This document shows positions 40,630-53,909 of a DNA stretch of 64,000 bases, in pieces; positions within the stretch are counted from its first letter, which is position 1; every line of letters begins with the position of its first letter. The DNA lies in the NCBI GenBank assembly GCA_964016885.1, contig OZ024758.1:11160001-11224000 (forward strand). Direction: 5' to 3'. The notes beneath the pieces are model-generated. The model ran no database searches, was not told where the DNA came from, and saw only the letters and a list, made by a program, of their open reading frames with translations. The stretch is from Eledone cirrhosa (lineage: Eukaryota). A program made the position numbers and the translations under genes.

Positions 40630-40895
40630 ATTTCATGGAGGTAATGGAGCTCTCTAATGGAACTCTCCAATTAATAGACTCACAGGACTCATGGAGGTAA
40701 TGGAGCTCTCCAACTAATAGAAATATAGAGCTAATGGAGCTCTCTAACTAATAGACACTCACAGATCTCATGAAGCTCTCTAATGGAACACTCCAATTAA
40801 TAGACACTCATATAGCTAATGGAGCTCTCCAACTAATAGAAATAGACACTCACAAGTCTCATGGAGGTAATGGAGCTCTCCAACTAATAGAAATA
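40630..40895. repeat. Degenerate tandem repeat
   Basis: TAATGGAGCTCTCCAACTAATAGA recurs about 6 times. Confidence 0.8.
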
Positions 40896-43572
40896 TGTTT
40901 GTTATATGTTATTGTTTAGCAACAAGTCAGTCCTGAATTAATAAACTTATGATAAAGAATGTTGTTTGTATTTTTTCCCCCTGCTCACAAACACAAGGCA
41001 TTGATCTACCTGAGACTATAATAGTACAAAATACTTGCCTAAGATGCCACACAGTGGGACTGAATCTATATCTATGTGGTTACAAAAACTAACACTTTAA
41101 CCACACAGCCATGCCTACCTTCACCTCTATAATTGACTTTAGATAAGAAAATAGAAACATCATATCAGTTATTAACTGCACTCTCATACCTGAAACTCAA
41201 AGAAGAAATAAAATAGAATACATTCCTATATTTCAGGATCAAGATCATTTGCTTGATAATTTTTCAATATATTTCGGTAAATATTTGTTGAAGAATCTGC
41301 TTCTGTTTTCATTTCTTCATAATATGGAAGATATTGGCAGAATATTACATATTTATCAACAATGTGATGAATATCGAAGTAATAGACATGATATAGTAAT
41401 GGAAGATTGATCTCAATAACAGATTTCTTTCTGTACAAATTGTGATACCAGCAATTATTTCTCACTACAATAGGCAGCAGTTTCAATGAGGAAATCAAAT
41501 TTAAAATCACACACATTCACAGACAGACACACACATTCACGGACACACATTCACATTCACACATGTGTATATTGGTGTTAGGAAGAACACCCAGCCATAA
41601 AGCATTGGCTCATATATATGTACATATATATATATATAGATATATACATACATGCATTATATAGTATATAGATATATATACACACACACACAGACAGACA
41701 TACACATAGAGACATACACATATACACAGACAGACATATACACCCACAAAGTGGTTTCTATCAATATCTATCTATAACTATCTTTTATCAGTTTATCAGT
41801 TATATACTTTAGATTTTTTGACAGATGATAATCAATAATCAGCGATCAGTTATCAATCATTTCATTAGTCAACAGTTGTTACTAAAAATATGGAGAACGT
41901 AATAACACAAGATAACGGTAATAGAGATGAAAATATGTGTAGGAACAATCAAGACATGTCTTAACCTTTTAGCATTTAAACCAGCCAGAATTCTCTCACC
42001 TCTTTCTGTTAAAAACTGGTCATATCCAGCCAGAATTCTCTCACCCCTTTCTGTTAAAACTGGTTATAGCCAGCCAGAATTCTCTCACCTTTCTGTTCAA
42101 ACCGGCTGTAACCAGCCACTCATACTGATGTTAAGGAATTGTTCTTAAGCTAATATCTGGTCCTTATATATGACATTAATACACACACACACTTGATAAG
42201 ACAGGAGTACTAAATACATGCTCTCATCATACCAATTACTATCTCTTCCTCATTCTCAGAAGAATGACAAAATATTAGTCCACACTGTAAAGTGGTTATG
42301 TAAGTGTCATGAAAAAAATCACGCAGCACATACTAATATATGGTTGGTGTTAGGACAGCCAAGCAGCTGTAGAAACCAGTCGAAATCAGTTCTGTGTAAG
42401 CAAGACAGTCATCTGCTCTGGCTTGTCTCACAACAGGACAACTCGTCCAACTCATACTAGCGTGAAAAAGTGGATGTTAAACAATGATGATGATCATCAT
42501 CATCACTATCACAGCAGATTGACAAGCTGAATATCAGTCATACTAACCTTATGCCAGAGAGTTTAAGCCAATAAAAGAGATGTGACTTAAATATATCTCC
42601 ATCTGCCGCTATATAATGCTACAAATAAATCAATAACTTCTTACTAACGAGAGTTGTAACTTCCTGTCTCAAACATCCTATTAGTGGTTAGATAGGTAGA
42701 TGATGATGATGATGATGTTGGTAGTTGGTGGTGGTGATGATGGTGGTGGTGATGATGGTGATGGTGATGATGGTAGTTGGTGGTGGCGATGATGATGGTA
42801 GTTGGTGGTGGTGGTGATGGTGGTAGTTGGTGGTGGTAGTTGATGGTGATGGTGGTAGTTGATGGTGATGGTGTTGGTGGTAGTTGATGGTGATGGTGAT
42901 GGGTGATGGTGATGGTGTTGGTGGTAGTTGATGGTGATGGTGGTAGTTGATGGTGGTGGTGGTAGTTGGTGGTGGTAGTTGATGGTGGTGGTGGTGGTGG
43001 TGGTAGTAGTTGATGGTGGTCGTGATGGTAGTTGATGATGGTGGTGGTAGTTGATAATGGTGGTGATGATGAAGGCGATGATGATGGTGGTGGTGGTGGT
43101 GGTAGTTGGTGGTGGTGGTGATGATGGTATTAATGATGACAATGCTGATGGTGGTAGTTGATGTATCGGAAGACAAAACCTGAACAGGTGAGATGACAAG
43201 TTTCAGGTTCGTAATTTTAGACTCAGAGAATTTTGTATCAAATTGTAAAAAAAAAAAATAAAATAAAATTTAAATCTTTTTGTATATGTGTGTGTGTGTA
43301 TATATATATATGTGTGTATATATATATGTATATGTGTGTGTATATATATATATGTGTGCGTATATATATGTGTATATGTATGTGTGTATATATATATGTG
43401 TAAACGTGGTTGGTGTTAGGAAGGGCATCCAGCCATAGAAAACCTGCCAAGTGGGAAAATTCCCGTTCAAACCCATGCTAGCGTGGAAGATGGACGTTAA
43501 ACGATGATGATGATAATATATGTGTATATATATAGGTGTATATGTGTGTGTATATATATATGTGTGTGTATA

Positions 43573-45222
43573 TCTTTATATATATAAAAGCGAGGATGTG
43601 TGTGTGTCTGTGTACAACTTTGGATACCTAAGGCGTTTACAATTACCAACAGAATTTGACCAAATTTTCTGTGCACGTTGCACAGGTCGCTAAGATGGTC
43701 ACATCACAAACATTTTTCAAATCGACCCACGTTGAGCAATAAAAAAATCGATATCAAAATTATCGGTAGCAAAATTGATGTAAGGGAGATAACCAACTTT
43801 ATTGACAATCCTTATAAAAAAGGGAGATAACCAACTTTGACAAATATAAACATCAGATTCATTTGAAGATAAATCACTAATATTATCGTGTTTCTTGTTT
43901 ATTCTTTATTGCACTTTCAAAGTTAAAAAAAAACACTTGTTTTAACTTGTTTCACTATTAAGTGTTAGTTTTCGCGTTAAGGGCCTAATCTCGCAGCAGT
44001 CTCGAATTGACGAGATTTTGATGATGGTTTGTTTATTTTTAGAACAATCATTATGGGACTTTCCATTCAAGCCATTGGGACCTACAACTTTTACATTTTT
44101 AAAACTTTCATAAGCCATGTTGACACTCAGACTGGTCATGACGGATACCCACTATATCGCCAGAGAAGACCCGAAGATGGTGGATTCACAGCAAGGGTTG
44201 GCAAACATGAGGTTGCTGGATGTCCACGGATATATAAATCTATTGATACTGTATGTGATCCACAGGATGGTCAATTATCCAGTTAAATTTCTAAATTCTT
44301 TAAATCCTCCTGGTATACCTCCTAATACATTGGTTCTGAAAGAGGGAACGCCAGTTATTTTGCTGAGAAATATCACCCCTCCAAAACTATGCAATGGTAC
44401 ATACCTTGTGGTTAAAAAACTGTCTCCACTTAGTATTGACGATACCATTCTATCCGGATGTGGAAAAGGTGAGGATGTGATAATAACAAAAATTAGCCTG
44501 ACTACATCAGGCGTGGATACTCCCTTCTCCTTTTGCTGAACCCAATTTCCCCTTCGTGTTGCCTTTGTGATGTCCATAAACAAGTCACAAGGTCAAACTG
44601 TCCGTCACTGGAATTCACTTGGATGAACCTTGCTTTTCGCACGGACAATTCTACGTTGCCTGCTCACGAGTTGGCAGTCGAGATAATCTCTTTGTGTTTG
44701 TTCCGAAAAGAAAAACAAAGAATATAGTCTATCCTGAAGTGCTTTAGTGTTAACAAAAAAACTTATTACAGCTCTGCCTTGACTTCACCTTACTCATTAC
44801 AAAACATACCAATGAATATGTCCTGCAGGATATTTTGTTCAAAATTTAACCATACACAGCAAAGGATGCTCTCAAAGAATAGATTTTCTCTTATTCTACT
44901 CTCATTGTTTTTTTTTTGTTTGTATACAACTCTGCTTTCATTACAACTTTTTGTACTTTAGCAAAACTGCCTCTTTTTTTACAGATTTGCAATGTGTATT
45001 GTCTTTAATCATTTGTATAACTACATCCTGTTCAGTGTTTTCCTTCATTATCAACATAGTTTTATGTGTACAAAGATTGCATTAAATATTCGTTTGCATT
45101 AATTATTGAAGACTTCTGCTTATTTTGACAGGTTGGGAACAAATAATGTTCTTCTTTTACTTCCTAGCTGTATATTCTTAGCATAATTTCAAACCCCGAG
45201 CTACGCCGGGTAAATCTGCTAG
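43573..45222 (+). mobile_element. Non-autonomous, internally deleted Helitron with both termini
   Basis: 5' A|TCTTTATATATATAAAAG; 3' hairpin CCCGAGCTACGCCGGG followed by CTAG|T; no TSD; internal Rep and helicase remnants. Confidence 0.92.
44120..44747 (+). pseudogene. Helitron RepHel remnant: short Rep segment fused to Pif1-family helicase C-terminus
   Basis: [21 protein letters not shown] (Rep-like), then [81 protein letters not shown]; frameshifts and an in-frame stop at 44537-44539. Confidence 0.92.
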
Positions 45223-45290
45223 TATATATATATGTATGTGTATATGTGTGTGAAAGAGAGAGTGAGAGGAGGAGAAGGACAGAGAGAGAG

Positions 45291-45342
<52 letters not shown>

Positions 45343-45731
45343 CTCTTTTACCTGTTCCAGCCATCCAGCTGAGGCCATGCTGGGGCAACACCCTTGTCAT
45401 ATATATATATATATATAAATCAGATATTAAAGTGATGATGATATATATGTGTGCATATGTGAGTGTATGTACATATGTGTGCATATGTGAGTATGTACAT
45501 GTGTGCATATGTGAGTATGTACATGTGTGCATATGTGAGTGTATTTACATATGTGTGCATATGTGAGTATGTACATATGTGTGCATATATGAGTGTATGT
45601 ACATATGTGTGCATATCTGAGTATGTACATATGTGTGCATATGTGAGTGTATGTACATGTGTCCATATGTGAGTGTATGTACATATGTATGCATATGTGA
45701 GTATGTACATATGTGTGCATTCATGTATATG

Positions 45732-46098
45732 TGATATGATCAACTAAATCAAGGCAGACCCAGCACGGCCACAATCTGATATGATCAACTAAATCAAGGC
45801 AGCCCCAGCATGGCCACAATCTGATATGGTCAACTAAATCAAGGCAGCCCCAGCACGGCCACAATCTGATATGATCAACTAAATCAAGGCAGCCCCAGCA
45901 TGGCCACAATCTGATATGATCAACTAAATCAAGGCAGCCCCAGCACGGCCACAATCTGATATGATCAACTAAATCAAGGCAGCCCCAGCATGGCCACAAT
46001 CTGATATGATCAACTAAATCAAGGCAGTGACCCAGCATGGCCACAATCTGATATGGTCAACTAAATCAAGGCAGTGACCCCAGCATGGCCACAATCTA
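45732..46098. repeat. 45-bp minisatellite, ~8 copies
   Basis: TGATCAACTAAATCAAGGCAGCCCCAGCAYGGCCACAATCTGATA. Confidence 0.95.
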
Positions 46099-47647
46099 AC
46101 GACTGAAAACAATAAATAGTAAATATAAGAGTAAAACAAGTTGTTTTTTTTCAGTCGTATTTTTTAGTTAAAAATCAATTTTTTTGTGATGTACTTTGTA
46201 AAATAAAATAAAGTCTAAAGTAAATAAATAAATGTTTCTGTAGGTTTTGTGAAGGAGATACGCAATGGATGGAATAGAATTAGATGGAACTGATGATGGT
46301 AAATAAAAGACTGAAGTGTATAGGAAGAATATAGTGTTGTATTGATCAAAGACAATAGGAAAGAAGGGAGTGGGAGATAGTGAGGGATGGAGAGAATATG
46401 GAATAGGGGAATAGATACAGAGAGAGATAAATGGAAAGAGATAGATAGATAGAGAGGTAGGTAGGTAGGTAGATAGATAGGTAGGTAAGTAGAAAGGGGT
46501 GATGAAAAGAGGGTAAAGAGAAATGGAGAGAGATAGGAATAGGTGAATAGAAAGAGAGAGATAAATAGAAAGGGAGAGAAAAAGAGATGTAGATAGATAT
46601 ATAGAGAGGGTGCAGAAAGGGAGAGAAAGAGAGATAGAGGGGGAGAGAAAGAGAGATAGGGGGGGACAGAAGGATAGATAGATAGCGAGGGGGTAGAAAA
46701 AAGTGAAGAAAAGAGGAAAAAATATAAAAGAGAAGAGAGATAGAAATAAAAGAGAAGAGAGAGAGAGAGGAGAGAGAGAAGAAAGACAGAGGAAAGAGAG
46801 TGAAGAGATAGAGGAGAGAACTGCCAGAATTCAAAAGACTGAAGAATTTGATGCTGAATAAAATTCCAAGAGAAGCCATTGTTGTTAACAAGTGAAAAAA
46901 CCATTTATTTGTGGCAGAAGTGAAAAACAGAATTAAAGTTTTAGAAAGGAGAGCGTGGGGTGGGGTAAATAGGAGAGGGGGGTAGGTAGGAGAGAGAGAG
47001 AGGGTGGGGTAGGTAGGAGAGAAGTCAATATGACACAACAAGAAACATGTAGCTACTGATGGGTTCTCTGATAGTTCTGGTGGTAGGTGGTGGAGGGTAA
47101 GAGAGAGGGGGTGGGGGTAGTGGGGGGTAGAGAGGAGAGCAGGGGGTAGCGGAGGGGTAGAGAGATGAAAGCAGGAGGTAGCGGAGGGAGAGAGATGAAA
47201 GCAGGAGGTAGTGGTGGGGGAGAGATGAGAGCAGGGGGATAATGGTGGGAGATAGTTAGGATGGGAGAGGGGGGCTAATGGTGGGAGATAGGAGAGAGAG
47301 AGAGAGAGAGTGGGTAATGATGAGGAGAGAAAGAGTGGGTAATGATGAGGAGGAGAGAGAGAGAGAGTGGGTAATAATGAGGAGAGAGAGAGAGAGAGGG
47401 TAATGATGAAGAGGAGAGAGAGAGAGAGATACCATCACTTTATATAACAACAACAGTCAAAACTATAACATGTTTACAATTCAATGAAATCTAATTTATC
47501 TTATTTTTATTTTGTTTGGGTTTTTGTGAAAACCTTGTTCCATTTCAACAAATGGTGAAGAAACTAGAATTACTTTCTCAGTTTTGTTTACATTTCAATA
47601 CCTGGAGATGTCTTACATTTGACTTGCAGCTCTTTTGTATAATCTTT

Positions 47648-48153
47648 ACAGGTGACATACAGCAGGTAATGTGCAACAGACTGATGCACATTTAACAGGT
47701 AACATGCAACAGGTAATGTGCAATATTTATTGCACATTTAACAGGTGACATGCAACAGTATATTGCACGTTAAACAGGTGACATGCAACAGGTAATGTGC
47801 AACATCTATTGTACATTTAACAGGTGACATGCAACAGGTAATGTGCAACATCTATTGCACATTTAACAGGTGACATGCAACAGGTAATGTGCAACATATA
47901 TTGCACGTTAAACAGGTGACATGCAACAGGCCACTGCACATTAAACAGGTGACATGCAGCAGGTGGTGCACAACAGTCTATTGCACATTAAATAGGTGAC
48001 ATGTAAAAGGTTGATGTACATTAAACAGGTGACATGCAGCAGGTAGTGCACAACAGTCTATTGCACATTAAATAGGTGACATGCAACTGACTGCTGCACA
48101 TTAAACAGGTGATGTGCAGCAGGTGGTGCACAACAGTCTATTGTACATTTAAC
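47648..48153. repeat. Degenerate ~33/46-bp repeat rich in CAGGTG/CAGGTA
   Basis: TTGCACATTTAACAGGTGACATGCAACAGGTAATGTGCAACATCTA. Confidence 0.9.
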
Positions 48154-48159
48154 AAATTC

Positions 48160-49577
48160 TAAAACTATTATGTATAAAACATACAGTGTATGTGTGTGTA
48201 TAAAACTATTATGTATAAAACATACAGTGTATGTGTGTGTATAAAACTATTATGTATAAAACATACAGTGTATGTGTGTGTGTATAAAACTATTATGTAT
48301 AAAACATAGTGTATGTGTGTGTATAAAACTATTATGTATAAAACATACAGTGTATGTGTGTGTGTATAAAACTATTATGTATAAAACATACAGTGTATGT
48401 GTGTGTATAAAACTATTATGTATAAAACATAGTGTATGTGTGTGTATAAAACTATTATGTATAAAACATACAGTGTATGTGTGTGTATAAAACTATTATG
48501 TATAAAACATAGTGTATGTGTGTGTATAAAACTATTATGTATAAAACATACAGTGTATGTGTGTGTATAAAACTATTATGTATAAAACATAGTGTATGTG
48601 TGTGTATAAAACTATTATGTATAAAACATACAGTGTATGTGTGTGTATAAAACTATTATGTATAAAACATACAGTGTATGTGTGTGTATAAAACTATTAT
48701 GTATAAAACATACAGTGTATGTGTGTGTATAAAACTATTATGTATAAAACACAGTGTATGTGTGTGTATAAAACTATTATGTATAAAACATACAGTGTAT
48801 GTGTGTGTATAAAACTATTATGTATAAAACATACAGTGTATGTGTGTGTATAAAACTATTATGTATAAAACATACAGTGTATGTGTGTGTGTATAAAACT
48901 ATTATGTATAAAACATACAGTGTATGTGTGTGTATAAAACTATTATGTATAAAACATACAGTGTATGTGTGTGTATAAAACTATTATGTATAAAACATAC
49001 AGTGTATGTGTGTGTATAAAACTATTATGTATAAAATATACAGTGTATGTGTGTGTATAAAACTATTATGTATAAAACATACAGTGTATGTGTGTGTGTA
49101 TAAAACTATTATGTATAAAACATACAGTGTATGTGTGTGTGTATAAAACTATTATGTATAAAACATACAGCGTATGTGTGTGTGTATAAAACTATTATGT
49201 ATAAAACATACAGTGTATGTGTGTGTGTATAAAACTATTATGTATAAAACATACAGTGTATGTGTGTGTGTATAAAACTATTATGTATAAAACATACAGC
49301 GTATGTGTGTGTGTATAAAACTATTATGTATAAAACATACAGTGTATGTGTGTGTGTATAAAACTATTATGTATAAAACATACAGTGTATGTGTGTGTGT
49401 ATAAAACTATTATGTATAAAACATACAGCGTATGTGTGTGTGTATAAAACTATTATGTATAAAACATACAGTGTATGTGTGTGTGTATAAAACTATTATG
49501 TATAAAACATACAGTGTATGTGTGTGTGTATAAAACTATTATGTATAAAACATACAGCGTATGTGTGTGTATAAAAC
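48160..49577. repeat. 39-43-bp AT-rich minisatellite
   Basis: AAAACTATTATGTATAAAACATACAGTGTATGTGTGTGTAT. Confidence 0.97.
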
Positions 49578-49699
49578 CTTTTTTCCTTTCAGGGTCTTTT
49601 ATACCGAATTTGTTAGTCTAAAAAAAATTACACTGAAACTTCTAAATTTTCAATACATATCCACTCAATGTTCCTCAAGATATTTTATATATATATATA

Positions 49700-50034
49700 T
49701 ATATAACCAAATATACACCCCAATCTACTACCCCTACCCTATCCTCCCACTCCCACCAACAGCACGAGAAAATATGAGATCGAGTTTGTGTAGGTGTCAC
49801 AACAAAAAAAACACACACAGTCCACGCTGTAATGTGGCCATGTACGTAACATGGTAAAAAATTCCCAGTCCACACTGTAAATGTGGTTGGTGTTAGGAAG
49901 GGCATCCAGCTGTAGAAAACCTGCCAGATAGTACTATATGAGCGAGACACGGTCACCCGACCAGCCTTGCGACAAGTGGGACAACTCCCGTCTAACCCAT
50001 GCTAGCGTGGAAAACAGACGTTAAACGAAGATGA

Positions 50035-50038
<4 letters not shown>
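49700..50038 (+). mobile_element. RTE LINE 3' UTR fragment
   Basis: Reverse complement of the 3' UTR at 3460-3830; ends GACGTTAAACGAAGATGATG. Shorter tail fragments at ~10320-10420, 17185-17295, 19805-19856, 43400-43515. Confidence 0.8.
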
Positions 50039-50086
<48 letters not shown>

Positions 50087-50284
50087 GGTGTTGGATGCTT
50101 AATAGGAAAATCTGCTTCGTAGAATCGAGACGTATCCGAGGACCGCGTGATTTCAGAGTCAGGTTTGATCACCATATCGATCGTGCCTCGAGCAATTGTA
50201 ATATGTCCAATAAATTCCTTTCGTCGCAACACTGATTCTCTTTTTTCTGTTATATATATATATATAGAGAGAGAGGGGGAGAGG

Positions 50285-50333
<49 letters not shown>

Positions 50334-50350
50334 AGAGAGAGAGAGAGAGA

Positions 50351-50705
50351 GAGGCAGATGGCTTAGTGGTTAGAGCATTGGCCTTGCAATCGAAAGGTTG
50401 TAAGTGAGTTCAATTCTCAATTCTCAGACCGGGTGATGTGTTGTTTCCTTAAGCAAGACACTTTATTTCACATTGCTCCAGTTTACTCAGCTCTAGAAAT
50501 GAGATGATAGGGACTGGGGTCCCTATCATTCCACTGCAAAGTGGTTGTGGAGGTGCTACGGCAAAAAAGCACCCAGCACTCACTGTAAATGAGGTTGGTG
50601 TTAGGAAGGGCATGCAGCTGTAGAAATCAAGCCAGAATCAGTTCCCGTCCCACCCTTGCAAGCAGGGAAAAGCGGACGTAAAATGATGATGATGATGATG
50701 ATGAT
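50351..50705 (+). mobile_element. SINE family A
   Basis: Full copy with (GAT)n tail. Confidence 0.88.
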
Positions 50706-50839
50706 ATAAATATATATATATTTATTTATAAATATAAATATTGGAAAATGTGTGAGATCCTTGGTACAGTTAGGTATATTTGAAAAAAAGGAAAAGAATG
50801 ACTTCACTTGTATTTCTAAATAATTTGATTTAATTTTAT

Positions 50840-51028
50840 AATTGTCTCTACTTTAGGCACAAGGCCAGCAATTACCCAGTACATTACTGGTATTTTATTT
50901 TATCGACCCCGTAAAGATGAAAGGCAAAGTCAACCTCGGCAGGATTTGAACTCAGATCGTAAAGGGACGTAACTATGCTGGAAAGCATGGCGTCCGACCC
51001 TCTACTGATACTGCCAATCCACCGCCCT
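50840..51028 (-). mobile_element. SINE-like family B
   Basis: Reverse complement of the family consensus. Confidence 0.85.
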
Positions 51029-52277
51029 TTAATTTTATAATATTATAATATTATGAGTTGGTAGATCTATTAAGTTCTTTGTTAACTTCGGTGGGAAGAT
51101 TTTTTTAAGATTCCTGGTTAACTTTCCTGGAGAACTTTCTCGCATTCGTTACTCTGAGACTAGACAACAATTGAGGAAGTTAAGAGACATGATGATGATG
51201 ATGATGAAGAGACACTAAGTCAACGCTGACAACAAATGTCACAATACTATTGTCAACTGTTTCCGTAATATGGTGGTAGTGGTAGTGGTAGTGTGGTGGT
51301 GGTAGTAGTGGCATGGTAATGGTAGTGTGGTAGTGATGTGGTAGTGGTGTAGTGATGTGGTAGTGGTAGTAGTGGTGTAGTGGTGTGGTGGTGGTGGTGG
51401 CATGGTAGTGGTATGTGATGGTGGTGTGGTAGTGGTAGTATGGTGGTGGTGGCATGGTAATGGTAGTGTGGTGGTGGTGTGGTAGTGGTGTAGTGATGTG
51501 GTAGTAGTGTGGTGGTGGTGGCATAGTAGTGGTATGTGGTGGTGGTGTGGTAGTGGTAGTATGGTGGTGGTGGCATGGCAATGGTAGTGGTGTAGTGATG
51601 TGGTAGTGGTAGTGTGGTGGTGGCATGGTAATGGTAGTGTGGTGGTGGTGTGGTAGTGGTGTAGTGATGTGGTCGTGGAAGTAGTGTGGTGGTGGTGGTG
51701 GTATAGTGGTTGCCAGCTGTTTCTATTTCTAGTTACACTGACTTAACTGTGGTGGTGATGGTGGTAGTGGTGGTAGTGGTGTAGTGTGGGGGTAGTAGTA
51801 GTGGCCACAGGTCATGGTAGCAGACGTAGTGACAGTGGTGGAGGTGGTGGAGATGGTGGTGGAGGTAGTGGTGGAGCTGACAGTGGAGGTGGTGGTGGAG
51901 CTGACAGTGGAGGTAGTGCTGGAGGTGGTGGAGATGGTGGTGGAGGTAGTGGTGGAGGTAGTGCAGGAAGTGGTGATGGTGGAGGTAGTGAGGTGGTATG
52001 GAGGTGGTGGTGGTAATGAGGTGGTAGTGGTGGAGGTAGTGTAGGAAGTGGTGATGGTGGAGCAGTGTTAATGATAGTGCTGGAGCAGTAGTTATTGTAG
52101 AGGTGGGTGTTAATATAATTACTTGCTACTGAAGAAATAATGGCCAGGTGTGATGATGATGATGATGATGATGATGATAGTTGTTGTGACAACTATGGCT
52201 GTTATTTAACCCTGGGTCATCCTTGATCCAACAGACCTGTCATCTGTAGAGCTGATCCATAAGCTGTATGGTGCTGT

Positions 52278-53684
52278 TAACCCTCAGTCCACCACAGAGA
52301 CATGTAACCTCAAACTACCATGGTAAGTGGTAACCCTCAGTCCACCACAGAGACATGTAACCTCAAACTACCATGGTAAGTGGTAACCCTCAGTCCACCA
52401 CAGAGACATGTAACCTCAAACTACCATGGTAAGTGGTAACCCTCAGTCCACCTCAGAGACATGTAACCTCAAACTACCATGGTAAGTGGTAACCCTCAGT
52501 CCACCACAGAGACATGTAACCTCAAACTACCATGGTAAGTGGTAACCCTCAGTCCACCACAGAGACATGTAACCTCAAACTACCATGGTAAGTGGTAACC
52601 CTCAGTCCACCACAGAGACATGTAACCTCAAACTACCATGGTAAGTGGTAACCCTCAGTCCACCACAGAAACATGTAACCTCAAACTACCATGGTAAGTG
52701 GTAACCCTCAGTCCACCACAGAAACATGTAACCTCAAACTACCATGGTAAGTGGTAACCCTCAGTCCACCACAGAGACATGTAACCTCAAACTACCATGG
52801 TAAGTGGTAACCCTCAGTCCACCACAGAGACATGTAACCTCAAACTACCATGGTAAGTGGTAACCCTCAGTCCACCACACAGACATGTAACCTCAAACTA
52901 CCATGGTAAGTGGTAACCCTCAGTCCACCACAGAGACATGTAACCTCAAACTACCATGGTAAGTGGTAACCCTCAGTCCACCACAGAAACATGTAACCTC
53001 AAACTACCATGGTAAGTGGTAACCCTCAGTCCACCACACAGACATGTAACCTCAAACTACCATGGTAAGTGGTAACCCTCAGTCCACCACACAGACATGT
53101 AACCTCAAACTACCATGGTAAGTGGTAACCCTCAGTCCACCACAGAAACATGTAACCTCAAACTACCATGGTAAGTGGTAACCCTCAGTCCACCACACAG
53201 ACATGTAACCTCAAACTACCATGGTAAGTGGTAACCCTCAGTCCACCACACAGACATGTAACCTCAAACTACCATGGTAAGTGGTAACCCTCAGTCCACC
53301 ACAGAGACATGTAACCTCAAACTACCATGAGAAGTGGTAACCCTCAACCCACCACAGAGACATGTAACCTCAAACTACCATGGGAAGTGGTAACCCTCAA
53401 CCCACCACAGAGACATGTAACCTCAAACTACCATGGTAAGTGGTAACCCTCAGTCCACCACACAGACATGTAACCTCAAACTACCATGGTAAGTGGTAAC
53501 CCTCAGTCCACCACAGAGACATGTAACCTCAAACTACCATGGTAAGTGGTAACCCTCAGTCCACCACACAGACATGTAACCTCAAACTACCATGGTAAGT
53601 GGTAACCCTCAGTCCACCACAGAAACATGTAACCTCAAACTACCATGGTAAGTGGTAACCCTCAGTCCACCACACAGACATGTA
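52278..53684. repeat. 53-bp minisatellite, ~26 copies
   Basis: TAACCCTCAGTCCACCACAGAGACATGTAACCTCAAACTACCATGGTAAGTGG. Confidence 0.97.
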
Positions 53685-53909
53685 AGCTCCAGGAAAGAGA
53701 GCTGGCTGCTCAGGAAACCACAGTCAGTTCCAAGGAGAGGCGACCAAGGAGGGGAAGTATCATCATACTTGGAAGAAACATCACCAAAACCTACAGACAT
53801 CCATCCAACCAGACAGAACTATGAATCCAAAGCTGTCTGGATAATACCAAGGAACGCTATATATCTATAAGAGAAAACCAGCTTTGGTAAATTCAACAGT
53901 AGTGTTAGT

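Noticed and set aside
41226-41516. 96-aa non-repetitive ORF, with an open frame on the + strand as well
   Set aside because: No recognisable motif, ambiguous strand and no consistent splice pair
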